Position numbers and translations under genes: made by a program. The notes under the pieces were generated by a model. It saw only the letters and a program-made list of their open reading frames with translations. It was not told the origin of the DNA and made no database searches. A stretch of DNA of 64,000 nt from Dipteris shenzhenensis (taxonomy: Eukaryota): NCBI GenBank assembly GCA_047967505.1, contig CM106538.1; one strand, given 5' to 3'. This document shows, piece after piece, positions 25,718 through 38,800 of the stretch (position 1 is the first letter of the stretch; each line of letters begins with the position of its first letter).

Positions 25718-28700
25718 TGTTGAGATATGAAGCTCTATCCCCGACATATCTCCTGGATGACTATCATTTATGTCACCGCCTATGTTAGTTGTACTCATGG
25801 TGTAGTTAGACTACCACGTATGTTTTTGGTTTGGGTTCACATATGAACCACGTATTCTAGGTTTTGACATATAGGGTATTTCCCTCTTCTATTGTATTGT
25901 TGTTGTGTGCAAAAGTGAAGAAAGGCTTCACCCTCCAACTTTGTGTCCTCTCCCTTTTGTGTGTTGTGAAGAAAGCTGAACTTGAGTCTCCTATCTCTCT
26001 CCCTCATTCTTTACATGGTATCAGAGCCTTGTTCGTGGTAAGGAGCTCAAGAAAGCTAGCCAAGTTTGTGGTGTCCTGGCAAGAGGACCAGTGTAGCTTT
26101 CCTATTTCGAGTTTGGGAGCAAATCTCTGCAGGTAGCACAGCCAGAAGTGCAGGAGTGCACTGCTTCAGATTGAGAGGCCCTTCGCGGTGCGGCGAGAGG
26201 CCATTTCGGGGCCCGTTTTGAAGGCGGAAGTTCTTCGCAGGCACTCAGAAAAAGGCCCTGTTTTTGCTGTGCGACCACCGCGCGGCTAGTCGGTGGAAAG
26301 GTGCCACAGAAATTGCATCGTATGCCTATGTGCAGAGATATTGGGAGTTGCAGATTCATGCCTGTTGCCTGTTGATGCAAAATCGTCACGAGGAAGTGAC
26401 TGTGTGGTGAAATACCACTTTCGTCAGTGTTGCAGATCTGCCCCTGTGAGGATCTTTGCAGAAGTTTTGCTATTTGCCCTTCTGAGGCATTTGCTGTGTT
26501 TACAGGTTGCTGTTGCAATTCGTGATTTGTAAAATGTCTGAGAATCTGTCTACCATTGTCAGTGAGAAGCTTGACAAGAACAACTTCCAAGCATGGAAGT
26601 TCAGGATGACAAACTTCTTTATGGGAAAGGGAGTTTGGGATTACATCAGTGGTGAAACTGCAGAACCAGTTTTGGGTGCTGCTCCCACTCCTGCTGAATT
26701 GAAGGCCTTTAAAGAATGGCATGAAAAAGCCAGAAAATGCCTGTATTGGCTGTCCGTTAGCATTTCAGATTCTATGATTGTGCATATACAGGATCTAGAG
26801 ACGCCTAAGGAGGCATGGGATACATTGGTGAAGCTGTATAGCACAAATACTAAAGCACGAAAGATGCAGCTAAAGCAGGAGTTGCACAATGTGCAAAGGA
26901 AAAATCTGAATATAAATGAGTATTCCTTGAAGGTGAAAGGCCTTGCAGATTCTCTTGCCTCCATTGGAGCACCTGTTGATGATGAGGACTTAGTGTCCGT
27001 GACCTTGAATGGTCTTGGGAAAGATTATGCACAATTTCGGACATCCATTGGAGTCCGTGAAACATTTCCTGATTTTCAGGAACTTATTGCTCTCTTGCTG
27101 AGTGAAGAGCAAAGGAATGGTGGTTCAGCCACCTCAACTTCTCAAGAGACTGCTTTCTACTCGAATACAGGTAGAGGCAGGGGTAGAGAAAGAGGCCGTT
27201 CTGGTGGCCGTGCAGGAAATCAGAACCAACAGCAACAACAGGAAAACCAGTCCTATGGAGGAGGACGTGGTAGTTCTAGAGGCAGGGGGAGCCAAAGAGG
27301 CCGTGGTTCATGGCAAAGGAACCAGCAAGTAAATAGCAGCATAGAATGCTATTATTGTGGAAAGCCTGGACACAAGGAGAATACATGCTATAAAAAGCAG
27401 AATGACATCAAAAGTGGAAAGTTGCAGCAAAGCAACTATGCATCATCAAGTGGGCATGGTGACGACAGAAATGAGCACCTTTTTGTGATGCAGCATATGG
27501 TTAACTCCATGTCAGGAGATGCTGCAGCTTGCAATGATGTTTGGTATGTTGATTCAGGTGCCTCTAACCACATGACCAGTCATGGTGAGTGGTTTCATGA
27601 TGTTAGAAATTTGGATAAGCCAGGTTATGTTGAAACAGGTGATGATACTGCGCACCCAATTACGCAGGTTGGTAAAGTGCCATTGGCTATGCAGGATGGC
27701 AAAACAAAGTACTTGGCAGATGTACTTCATGTTCCAAAAATCACTAAGAACCTGGTTTCAGTTGGCCAGATGGTTGAGCAAGGTCTGCAGGTTAGATTTA
27801 ATCCTGATGGATTTGCTGAGGACTTGAAAAATAAATGCCGCTTGGTTGCGAAAGGCAACAAAAATGGAAGAATGTTCACCTTGGATGTTGATATGCCTGA
27901 GGTGAAAGCTGCTATGTTTGCGCATGGGAGAGGTGTCATTGCAGATATTGAGATATGGCACAAGCGCATTGGGCACGTGAATATACAAAGGCTGAAATCT
28001 ATGCAAACGAAAAACATTGTTGCAGGTTTGCCTAAATTCAGAGTTGAGGGAATGCAAAAGGTATGTGAAGCATGCCAAATGGGTAAGCAGGCCAGACATG
28101 CATTTCCCAAAAATGCTAAGGTGAGCAGAAGACCTTTGGAAGTGATCCATTCAGATGTTTGGACAACCAAAACTGCTTCTATTGGTGGATGCCATTATTA
28201 TGTGACGTTTATTGATGACTACACTAGGAAGGTGTGGATTTATTTTATGAAGCACAAAAGTGAAGTGTTCAGCCATTTCAAGGCTTTTAAGGCCATGGTT
28301 GAAAAAGAGAAAGGTGTGGATATTAAAGTGCTAAGATCTGATGGAGGGGGAGAGTACTTTTCAGAAGAATTTTGTGAATATTTGAAAGAGCAGGGAATTC
28401 AAAGGAAGTACTCATGCAGGTCTACCCCTCAGCAGAATGGGGTTGCAGAAAGGAAGAACAGGCATATTGCAGAAGTAGGACGGGCGATCCTAAATGAGAA
28501 AAACATGCCTGATTATTTTTGGGCTGAAGCAGTAGCAACTGCTGTTTATATTATGAACAGAACCCCCACTGCAGCTGTCCATGGCATGACGCCTGAAGAA
28601 ATGTATACAGGCCAAAAACCAGATATTTCTCACTTGAAGGTATTTGGTTGCATAGCTTATGTTCATGTTCCTGATGAGAAGAGAACAAAGCTGGATCCAA

Positions 28701-31141
28701 AGGCAGAAAAATACATCTTTATTGGATATGCTCAGCACCAGAAAGGGTATCGCTGTTATAACCCTTCCACCCGCAAAATGCAAGTGAGCAGAGATGTTGT
28801 TTTTGATGAAATGAGCAGCTGGTATGCACCAACTGTTATGGTAGGAGATGCAGATGCAGGAAATGGGAATGCTGCAATAAATGCAGAGCAGCAATCTCAA
28901 GCCTTGAGTGGACCCAGAGAGTCCTCTACTAGTGGATCTAATGCATGGACAGGGAGATTGAGATCTAGTGAATCGTCACATGGCAGTCCTGATAGTGTTG
29001 TGCAGGTATCACATAAGGGAAAAGAAAAAGTGGACCATGCTCCAGTGTTTGATGTGTCTGCTAGTAGCTCTCATGTTGATGGAGAGTCAAGTGGCTCTGA
29101 AATGAGCCTTGATGAGGAACTTGGGATTCCTTCTGTTGTTACACCTGGTGCAAGGAAAAGCAGGCATGATTTAAAGACTCCTGCAACTGATCCAGTTGTA
29201 CGGAGGTCCACTCGTATTAAGTATCCAGTTGACAGGCTGAGATATGATGGGTATACAGCACATCACTATGCTTATATGATCAAGGTTCTAGAGGAGCCAG
29301 AGCCCACATGTTTTGAGGATGCAGCAGGGCATAAAAATTGGGAAGCAGCTATGGATGAAGAGATGGCTGCCTTGGATGCAAACCACACTTGGGATTTGAT
29401 GCCTTTGCCTCATGATAAGAAGGCTATTGGCTGCAAGTGGGTTTACAAAGTAAAGCACAATGCTGATGGGTCTGTTAGCAGGTACAAGGCAAGATTGGTT
29501 GCCAAAGGTTTTGCACAGACATATGGAATTGACTATGAGGAAACTTTCAGCCCAATTGCAAGGATGGCAACCGTGAGAGCAGTAATTGCTATGGCTGCTG
29601 CAAAGGGATGGTCTTTGCATCAGATGGATGTGAAAAATGCCTTCTTGCATGGTGACTTGCAGGAAGAGGTTTATATGATGCAGCCAGAAGGTTATGAGGA
29701 TAAAGCACACCCCGATTTTGTATGCAGGTTGCACAAAGCCTTGTATGGCTTAAAACAGGCGCCGAGGGCATGGTCAGACAAGATAGGGCAATATCTTGTC
29801 ACTATTTAATTTCAGATTTCCAATTCAGATTTTTCACTTTATGTGAAAAGGACAAACAGAGGGATTGTGCTTATAGTCATCTATGTTGATGACTTGATTA
29901 TTACAGGTGATAGTGATGCAGACATTAATGAAGTGAAGCTGCTGTTGAAGCAGAAATTTGAGATGAAGGATTTGGGAGAGCTGCGTTACTTCTTGGGCAT
30001 TGAGGTTATTAGATCCCCGAGTGGGATATGGCTGTTGCAAAGGCAATACGGTTTGGACATGCTGTCCAAATATGGGATGACAGGCTGTAAGCCTATCTCT
30101 GTTCCATTGGAGCAGAATGTGAAGCTCAATGCAGAGTCAGGTGAGCTTCTTGAAGATATTACTATGTACAGGCGCATAGTAGGTAGCTTGATTTACATGA
30201 CTATAACCCGACCAGATTTGAGCTATGCTGTGGGGCTGGTGAGTCAGTTTATGCAGGCACCGAGGAAGCCACATTTGGATGCGGCTAGGCACATACTGCG
30301 GTATGTGAAGTCCACATTGCATTATGGACTGTTTTATGAAGCTGGGTGTGCATTACAGGTACATGGATACACAGATGCTGACTGGGCTGGTAGTGTCTCA
30401 GACAGGAGATCTACTAGTGGTTTTATGTTTTCCCTTGGGAGTGGTGCCATCAGTTGGAGCAGCAAGAAGCAGCCAACAGTTGCCTTGTTGAGCACAGAGG
30501 CTGAGTACAGGGGTGCAGCAATGGCTGCATGTGAGGTAGCTTGGTTACGGAAGCTACTTGCAGATATGGGACAGTCAGTTCATGCAGCAGTTGTCATTCA
30601 TTGTGACAACATTAGCAGCATCATGCTTGCTAATAACCCAGTTTATCATGCTAGAACGAAGCACATTGAGGTGCATTATCACTTTGTGAGAGAGAAGGTT
30701 CTAGCTGGTGAGATTGATCTTGTCTATGTCAGCACTGAGGAGCAGGTGGCTGATATCTTTACGAAGGCATTGGGTACCGAGAAGCTTCGCAGATTTAGGA
30801 GCTTGCTTGGTGTACGTGAGATGGATTTGAGCTTGAGGGGGAGTGTTGAGATATCAAGCTCTATCCCCGACATATCTCCTGGATGACTATCATTTATGTC
30901 ACCGCCTATGTTAGTTGTACTCGTGGTGTAGTTAGACTACCACGTATGTTTTTGGTTTGGGTTCACATATGAACCACGTATTCTAGGTTTTGACATATAG
31001 GGTATTTCCCTCTTCTATTGTATTGTTGTTGTGTGCAAAAGTGAAGAAAGGCTTCACCCTCCAACTTTGTGTCCTCTCCCTTTTGTGTGTTGTGAAGAAA
31101 GCTGAACTTGAGTCTCCTATCTCTCTCCCTCATTCTTTACA
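25718..31141 (+). mobile_element. Ty1/copia LTR retrotransposon 1, full length and young
   Basis: 298-bp LTRs 25718-26015 and 30844-31141 (TG..CA, 2 mismatches by eye); TSD gttta; PBS tggtatcagagc at 26016; PPT before 30844. Confidence 0.98.
26534..30886 (+). pseudogene. Copia 1 gag-pol (gag, CCHC, protease, integrase, RT, RNase H) with one in-frame stop at 29807-29809
   Basis: [68 protein letters not shown]; both ORF halves are in the same frame; the stop lies inside the 3' LTR. Confidence 0.97.
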
Positions 31142-34100
31142 GTTTATGCAGCAAAGAGAGGCAAGAGAGAATGTGGCATAGCGATTCAATCTCTTGAATC
31201 ATTCTTCTTGTGTATGGAGAGTCCCAACCCTGATCACTCCTTACAAAAGAACATAAGAGGGAATTCAAATAATTTGAGATTGATGCTTAGAGAGCAAGAT
31301 ATTCCCAGGTCCATACATTATCAAAAAAACAACTATGGAAGTCCTGCAAAAAGTGGGAGTCTCTTGCTTACCATGATGGAGAATTTGCTACCGGCAGGTT
31401 GAGAGGTCACCTTGTGCAGGATGGGATATTTATTTGAGGATCTCCTCAGAAAAGGCAACTCCACAAATATTATTGAAAACAAGCATTTCATGGCTTATTT
31501 TCAGCTTCAAGCAGATCTAACCACAGGCTATGAAAAAGAGATAGAGCACAAGGAGACTGATGACATGATGATGACCTTGAAGATCATAATGTCGCAGTTG
31601 ATGATGATGAAAAGATGGACTTACATGACCCGTTCAGAGATTGGTGGATGAAGAGAAAGATGATGATGCCTTCTTTGATAATTATGGCTCGCAGGGTTAT
31701 GTAAAAAGGCCACTACGATAATACTTAGCAGTATGAACTCTCTATTTCTCAACTAAATACAATTTTTTAAATAAGATTTAAATTTAAAGATAATGAATCT
31801 AATCTCTCATATTTGTTTACAGGCAATAGAGGGAGAAGAAATGGATGAAGTCAATATGGAGGCACTCCCTTCTACTTCAGCAATGCAACCACCTCTAAAT
31901 TTAATTGAAGAATCCCATGAGCACAAGAGCTTTAAAGACACCATGGAAAAGCAGAATGACCACAAACATAAAATACAAGCTATGACAGAGACCCATTCTG
32001 CAAATTTAGCTGCATTGGATAAAATGGAAAGCTCATTTGAAGTTAGGATCGTTTTGAAACGAGAACCTCAGTATTTGAGCTTTGGTGGAGAGGAGGTTTC
32101 AATCCTCTCCAATCCTTTAAAAGAGGTTAATGACAATGTTATCCTGGCCATTCTCAAGTAACATTTGTTTATTTGTTGCTACTTCAATGAGCTAACATTT
32201 GTTTATTTGTTTACAGTGTAGTTATATCTCAGTTTCCTAGTGCAGAATGCAAATCAATTCTATGAGCTAATCTTTGTTTAAAACTTGGTGCAGTGTAGTT
32301 ATTTCTCAGCTTCCTAGTGCAATGCAGAATTGTGTCTACATGCTCGATGCTCTCCTTTCTTCTATTCTTAGCTCTCCTCAAAAGATGTTTGTACCTGGTT
32401 AAGCCCTTTGAATTTAGATGGGGTGCGAGTCATCTTTATGCCTTATCATGAGGAGTAAGTATCAACTCCAACCTTATTTTTACTATTTCTTTGGCAAGTT
32501 TGTGTAAAACAATAATCATTTTTATTCTGGTCGTGTAGCTCACATTGGAGTCTGATCGCTTGGGACCTTGAAGTCAACCATTTGTGATTTGTGAATTCAA
32601 TGGAAGGCTATCATGCCAACTCCCCAAGGTAATTATTCTCTTAATATTTTTGTTACTTTCTTATTTTGTATCTTATGATAATGAAATATTAATATATTTA
32701 ATATGTCATGATGGACAGTGCTGCATATCGGTTAGTATCTGCTATCAGAACAACCACGAAGCAACAAGACCAAGTAGAATTCAAACGACGTCTACCAGCA
32801 GAGCAAAAAGATGGGCACAGCTGTGGGTGGAGAGTTGCCTACAACTGCATGTTGTTTCTTAGAGAGATTCTTGATTTGGAGTTACCAGTCAAAATGGAAT
32901 CATATACAGAAGCCGATCTACTAGCGTTTCGGGCTGAGAGTATTCAGCATCTAATTGCTACCATTGGGAAACAACCTGAAAATATGACTACATTGCAGCA
33001 TGTATAAAACCTTATCTTTATACTTGTATGCTTGTTCAAGCCTTTAATTGGGATGTGTAAATCTCATAACTTTTTTATATTTTCCTCCAAGAGGAGAAGA
33101 GATTGAGTCTAATGAAAGCATGCTATCTTTATACTTCTATGATTATTTAAACCTTATCTTTATTTGGAATGTGTAAGTCTCATAACTTTTTAAATTTTTC
33201 CTCCAAGAGGAGGAGAGACTCACTCTAATGAAAGCATGTATGAAACCTTACTTTTTAAATTTTTGCTCCAAGAGAAGGAGAGACTCACTCTAATGAAAGC
33301 ATGTATGAAACCTTATCTGTATACTTCTATGCAGTCTAATGAAAAAACCATTATTAATGTTGGGGAACAACCTAAAAATATGACTACATTGCAGCATGTA
33401 TGAAATCTTATCTTTATATTTCTATGCTTGTTTAAGCCTTTATTTGGGATGTGTACATCTCATAACTTTTTTATATTTTTATAGCAGAAGGAGGATGTAG
33501 AAGACATAGCAAGTGAAGAAGAATATGATGTAGACTACTCTCTCAATAAGATGAGTCATGAAAATATGACTCTATTGTAGCAGATTGGAAGTTCATTCAC
33601 TGCTATGTTGTCAATTCGACAACAACCTCATTTTTTTGAATTTGGTGAAGAAGAGATTTTAATCCTCTTGAATCCTAAGAAAGAGATTAATGTCAAAGTC
33701 ATTACAACCATCCTCAAGTTTGATGTAACCTTTTCCTTGGCTTTATACTTTGCTTATTTTGATTAAACCCAAGAAGCTAATACTTTTTTTTTAAATATAG
33801 TAATGTTATAGCAAATTTTCCTCAAAATATACAAAGCGTTTCATCTATGTTCGATCCTCTTATTTCGGAAGTGCTTAGCAACAAAGAAGAAACCATAGAG
33901 GATGTTTGCAAGTGGTTGAAGCACGTTCCTATGAATGAGGCACGAGTTATCTTTACATCATATTATGAGAAGTAAGCATCAAACCCTACTTGTTTTTTCT
34001 ATTGCATTGCTAGAATTGTCTCAGACACAGTAATTATTCTTTATTGATAATGCAGCTCACATTGGAGTTTGGTAGTCATGAACATCTTTGCTAAGAAGTG

Positions 34101-35843
34101 CTTCTTTGCCAACTCAATGACATCCGTCCATGGCACTGTGTTAGAGTAAGTATAGACTACACTTGTTGTCACTTCTTGACATGTAGATTGATATGCATTG
34201 CTAGAATTGTCTTAAACACAATAATTATTCTTTATTGATAATGCAGCTCACATTGGAGTTTGGTAGTCATGGACATCTTTGCTAAGAAGTGCTTCTTTAC
34301 CAACTCAATGACATCCATCCATGGCACTGTGTTAGAGTAAGTATAGACTACACTTGTTGTCACTTCTTGACATGTAGATTGATATGCAATGCACATATTC
34401 ACTGTTGTTATATGTTTTGATGTGCAGATCGGCTCGAAAGTTAGTAGGTGCTATTGACATAGTAATGCGGCAATGTGACTTGGCACAACAAATAGAGTAT
34501 ATAACATGTCAGGTATCACATCAAGAGGATAGCCACATATATAATTGTGGATGGAGGGTGGTCTACAATTGCTTTTTGGTACTTGGTCAAATTTTTGAGA
34601 TACAAAATGACACCACACTGTCAACATATACGGATTTGCATCTCTATGCATTTATAACATGTACCATTCGAGCAATCATTAAGGGCGACATTATGGACCC
34701 TCCCACAAGGCAAATAGATAATGGCTCAGAGGAGTGCGAAATGAATGCCGTCAAAGAGTCAAAGGGGATAGAAGACCTCAACTCTACAAACATGGCTTCA
34801 TTGGAAGAATTGGGAAGCTCTTTTAATGTTAGAGTTATGATTCAACATAGACCTCAGTATCTTGAATTTGGGGGAGAGGAGATTTCAATCCTCTCTAGAG
34901 CTTCAAATGAGGTCAATAACAACGTTATGATGGCCATTGTCAGGTTTGATACAAACTTTTTCTCTGCTTGATAATTCAATATTTTGATTAAATCTAATAA
35001 GCTAATATTCATTTATATATTGGTGCAGTATAGTTATCTCACGATTTTGTAGAGCTGTACAAAACCGTGTGTATATGTTGGATTCCCTCCTTTCTCCTAT
35101 ACTTAGCGATAGCAGAAAGACGATAGCCGATGTTTGTAAATGGTTATAGCCTTTACATTTACATGGCGTGTGAGTCCTATTTATGGCATATCACGAGATG
35201 CAAGTATCATGGCAACCTTTATTTTCATCTTATACTGGCAACATTGTGTTAAATAATAATGGTTCTTAATTATTCGTGTAGGGAACATTGGAGTCTGGTG
35301 GTTTGGGACCTTGAAGACAACTATTGTTGGTTTGTCAACTCGATTGCAGGCTTTCATGGCTCAGTGCAAACATAAGTATTCTATTAATCTGCTATTACTT
35401 CTATATTATGTACCTTATGTAATAGACACACTAATTTTTTCTAATATGTCATGATGAGCAGGTCGATTGAGAAGTTAGTATTTGCTATCAGAGAAACAGG
35501 ACAGTACAAAGACTCGCTAGACTTCTAAAAGCATTTAATAGTAGAGCAAGAAGATGGGCATAGTGGTGGGTGGAGAGTTGCCTATAACTGCATGTTGATT
35601 TTCAAAGAAATTTTCTCACTTAAGCCACAGGTCTCATCGGAAGACTCTTTGGAGCTCAAATATTCAGAGGAGGATATGCCACAGCCTCCGCTTAAGGAAG
35701 AGGATACTGAGTCTACTCCGAAAGTACTACAAAAGAAGTAGAGACTGAGTGTACATCTAGAGCACCACAGCCTCCATTGGAAGCATCAGAAGAGTTGCCA
35801 CAGTCTCCACTAGAAGCATTAGAAGAGTTGTGATGCATGTATG

Positions 35844-38800
35844 TGTGGGGGTTAAAGGTCACTGTGCCTTTACCCCAGTTATGTACAATACTCAAACACA
35901 TATATAAATGAATGAAAAAGAAGATTAGGGTGGTTCTGCACCCACCAAACTTGTGTGGCTGTCTATCTCTCTCTCTCCTTCTTCCATTCTTGCTTCCGTT
36001 GAGAGCACTCTCAACTGGTATCAGAGCCCGAGTGATCTAGTTGAGCATGCGTGAATGCTGGAAGCTCAGCAGCTCTGTGGGAGGAAGGAGAAGCTCTGTG
36101 GGAAGCTTTGTGGGTGACTTTACTTACATCCGAGTATGCAGAGACCTTGGAGGAACCTTTGGAAAAGTCACTTTGGCTTTGCGAAGTGGTTTTGAGAGCC
36201 TGTTAAGTGGTTTTCAAAGAAAAAGTCGTTTTTTGAGCTTTTCCCTATTCCGTTCGATGACAGAGACTCCGTATTGACTTGTAGAGGCAACTATTGCTTG
36301 CTTTTGGTGTCCACATTACTTTAGGAGCTTGGAAACACCTTCATTCCTGAATCTGGGATCATTTCATTGGATTTCTGAGTCACTGTGTCAGTTCCTGTGT
36401 TTTTTGCCCGGGTGTTGGAACTCAAGTTTGGAGCAACCATTTGCAGATCTGTCAGTTTCGGTGGACTCAGGAGGTCCTAAAACTTCTATGTTGCTCATCA
36501 TTCGCACTCCGGTGGAGTTTACAGATAGCTCTGTTTCCAAAAACGTTTTTCAGTCCGTGTGTTAGACCCAGTGATTGAGACCACAGTTTCCAAAACCGTC
36601 TGTCCCATTGCGTTCCGAATGCCCAAAAACCCCTACGTGTCAGTTCTTGCACGATTCGATGGAGGATTTTCAGAGTTATAAATCTCTGTGTATTCGATTT
36701 CGTCTCTCTGTTATGCATTTTTCATACTAAGGTTTTGAAACCTTAGATTTATGCCACATGGCAGTGGATAAGTGTTGACTCCCATTTCTCACTCATCGGT
36801 TGGGATTTTGGAGTTCTGGCAGAAGAGAGATATTTGCAGATTTTCTTGCTGAGTCCGATTATGCAATGGCGCCCATGTTTTGAAGCATCTCAGGTTCTAT
36901 TTTCAGTAGCGCTCATTACTGTGGGACTATGATTTCTTGAGCATACCTTATGCAGATCACTCTGGTTGCAGTTTGAGCAGTGTGTGCTCATTCGTGGTAT
37001 GCATTGGGTTGCAATGGATGATTTATAGGCCATTTGGATGCATTGTGATCCTTGTTGGATGCGCTGATAGGCCCAAATTGCCTTGTGGGATGCTATTTTT
37101 ATGGACGCTTTGCACATGAATGCTATTTTAAGCTGAGGGATAGCTTTGACACATTGCAGGTGATGCACTGATAGTGCTATGCTCTCTTGGATGAGATATT
37201 ATTGATGCGTATGCCAGTGGATGGTGTTTATGCTTGAGTCATTTGGCACTTATTGGCATTTTCTTTTGGACCAGATTTGCTCATATGGATGCATAGTATA
37301 TGCACACGAGTCAGATGCATCTTTTGATGCTTTGAGCTTTGAATTTTGGTGATATTTCACTCTATTGTGGCATACACATTTGGGTGCACCTAGTATTTGG
37401 TGTGATTCTCTCTTGCAGGTACTAGCATTTGGGATTTTGTTTCATTTGCATCATGGCATCCTCTTCCATGCCTGAAAAGGAGTTTTTCAGCATCAAAAAG
37501 TTTGATGGGACAAACTTTTCTTTGTGGAAAGAACAAATAAGGGATGTGCTTATTCAAAAGAAGCAGATTAAACCCTTGGCAGGGATTGAAGCTAAGCCTG
37601 CAAATATGTCTGAGGATGATTGGAATGAGTTGGATGCATTAGCAAAGTCTACTATTAGACTTCATCTTGCAGAGTCAGTTTATTTCACTGTAGTAAATGA
37701 GCAGACTACGGAAGATTTGTGGAAGAAACTGTGTGCCACTTATGAGAAGGAAACTGCCTCTAATAAAGTTTACCTCATGAAGAGGTTGTTTGAGCTGCAG
37801 ATGAAGGAAGGGGTCTCCATTGCTTCTCACTTGAATGAATTCAATATTATTTTCAGCCAGCTTCAGGCTCAGAAAATGATTTTTGATGCGGAGACTAAGG
37901 CAATATTTGTCTTATGTTCATTGCCATCCTCATGGGATACCTTCCGTACAGCTGACAGTAACTCTGCACCTGGTGGAGTACTGAAATTTGATGATGTTGT
38001 GGGTAGCTTGTTAGCCGAGGAGATTAGACGGAAGTCTATGGATGGCAACAAGCAGGATGCAGCCTTAAATGTGCAAAGGGGCAGATCACAGTTCAGGGGG
38101 AAGTCCCAAGAAAGAGGAAAGTCCCGTAGCAAATCCAAGGCATGGAACATTGAGTGTTACCATTGTGGCAAGAAGGGCCATATGAAAAAGGATTGCTACA
38201 AGCTGAAAAGAGAGCAAAAGGATAAGAAAAAGAATGCAAATTGGGGTGCAAAAAAAGGAAGAGAGTCCAAGGGAGGACAAAGGAAAAGTGAAGATCGAGG
38301 AGATCAATGCAATCACACATGATAGTGACAATGATGTTCTCTTCATGTCTAGTTTATCTGCAGAGTTGCTTACCACTTCAGATGATGCATATTCCCAGGA
38401 TTGGATTTTGGATTCTGGTGCTTCATTCCATGTTACTCCCCATAGGGAATGGTTCTCCACTTATGATAGTGGAAAGACAGGTTGTGTGCATCTTGGAAAT
38501 GACTATGCATGTGACATAGTGGGAGCAGGTGACAAAGTTTTCTTTTGCAAATGGGTCTGCATTTGTTTTGAAACATGTGAGACATGTGCCTAAGCTGACC
38601 AAGAGTCTTATTTCAGTGGGTCAGCTAGATGATGCTAGTTTTCATACCACTTTTGGCTTTCAGAGTTGGAAAATTCAGAAGGGCTCTATGCTTTTGGCCA
38701 GGGGTGCCAAGTGTGGGACTTTGTATCCCTTACATGTATCAGGGGTATTTGATCATGTTGTTGCAATAACCGAGCAGCCAAGCACTTCTTTGTGGCATTG

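Larger units (their letters stand above)
23097..35833 (+). pseudogene. Large multi-exon pseudogene: ParB-like (IDGQH) region + degenerate methyltransferase-like region + three tandem Ulp1/C48-like protease domains; interrupted by copia 1
   Basis: ORFs 23004, 23748, 24111 and 24825 share one frame, separated by stops; IDGQHWAYAC at 24453; coding resumes after the TSD at 31146; three repeats of FGGEEISIL..E.NDNV / IFMPYHE / HWSL / Q.DGHSCGWRVAYN with the same intron positions. Confidence 0.7.

Noticed and set aside
26056-30322. Antisense ORFs within the copia elements (also 37869-41068 and 59253-63027)
   Set aside because: Shadow ORFs of gag-pol with no recognisable motifs.
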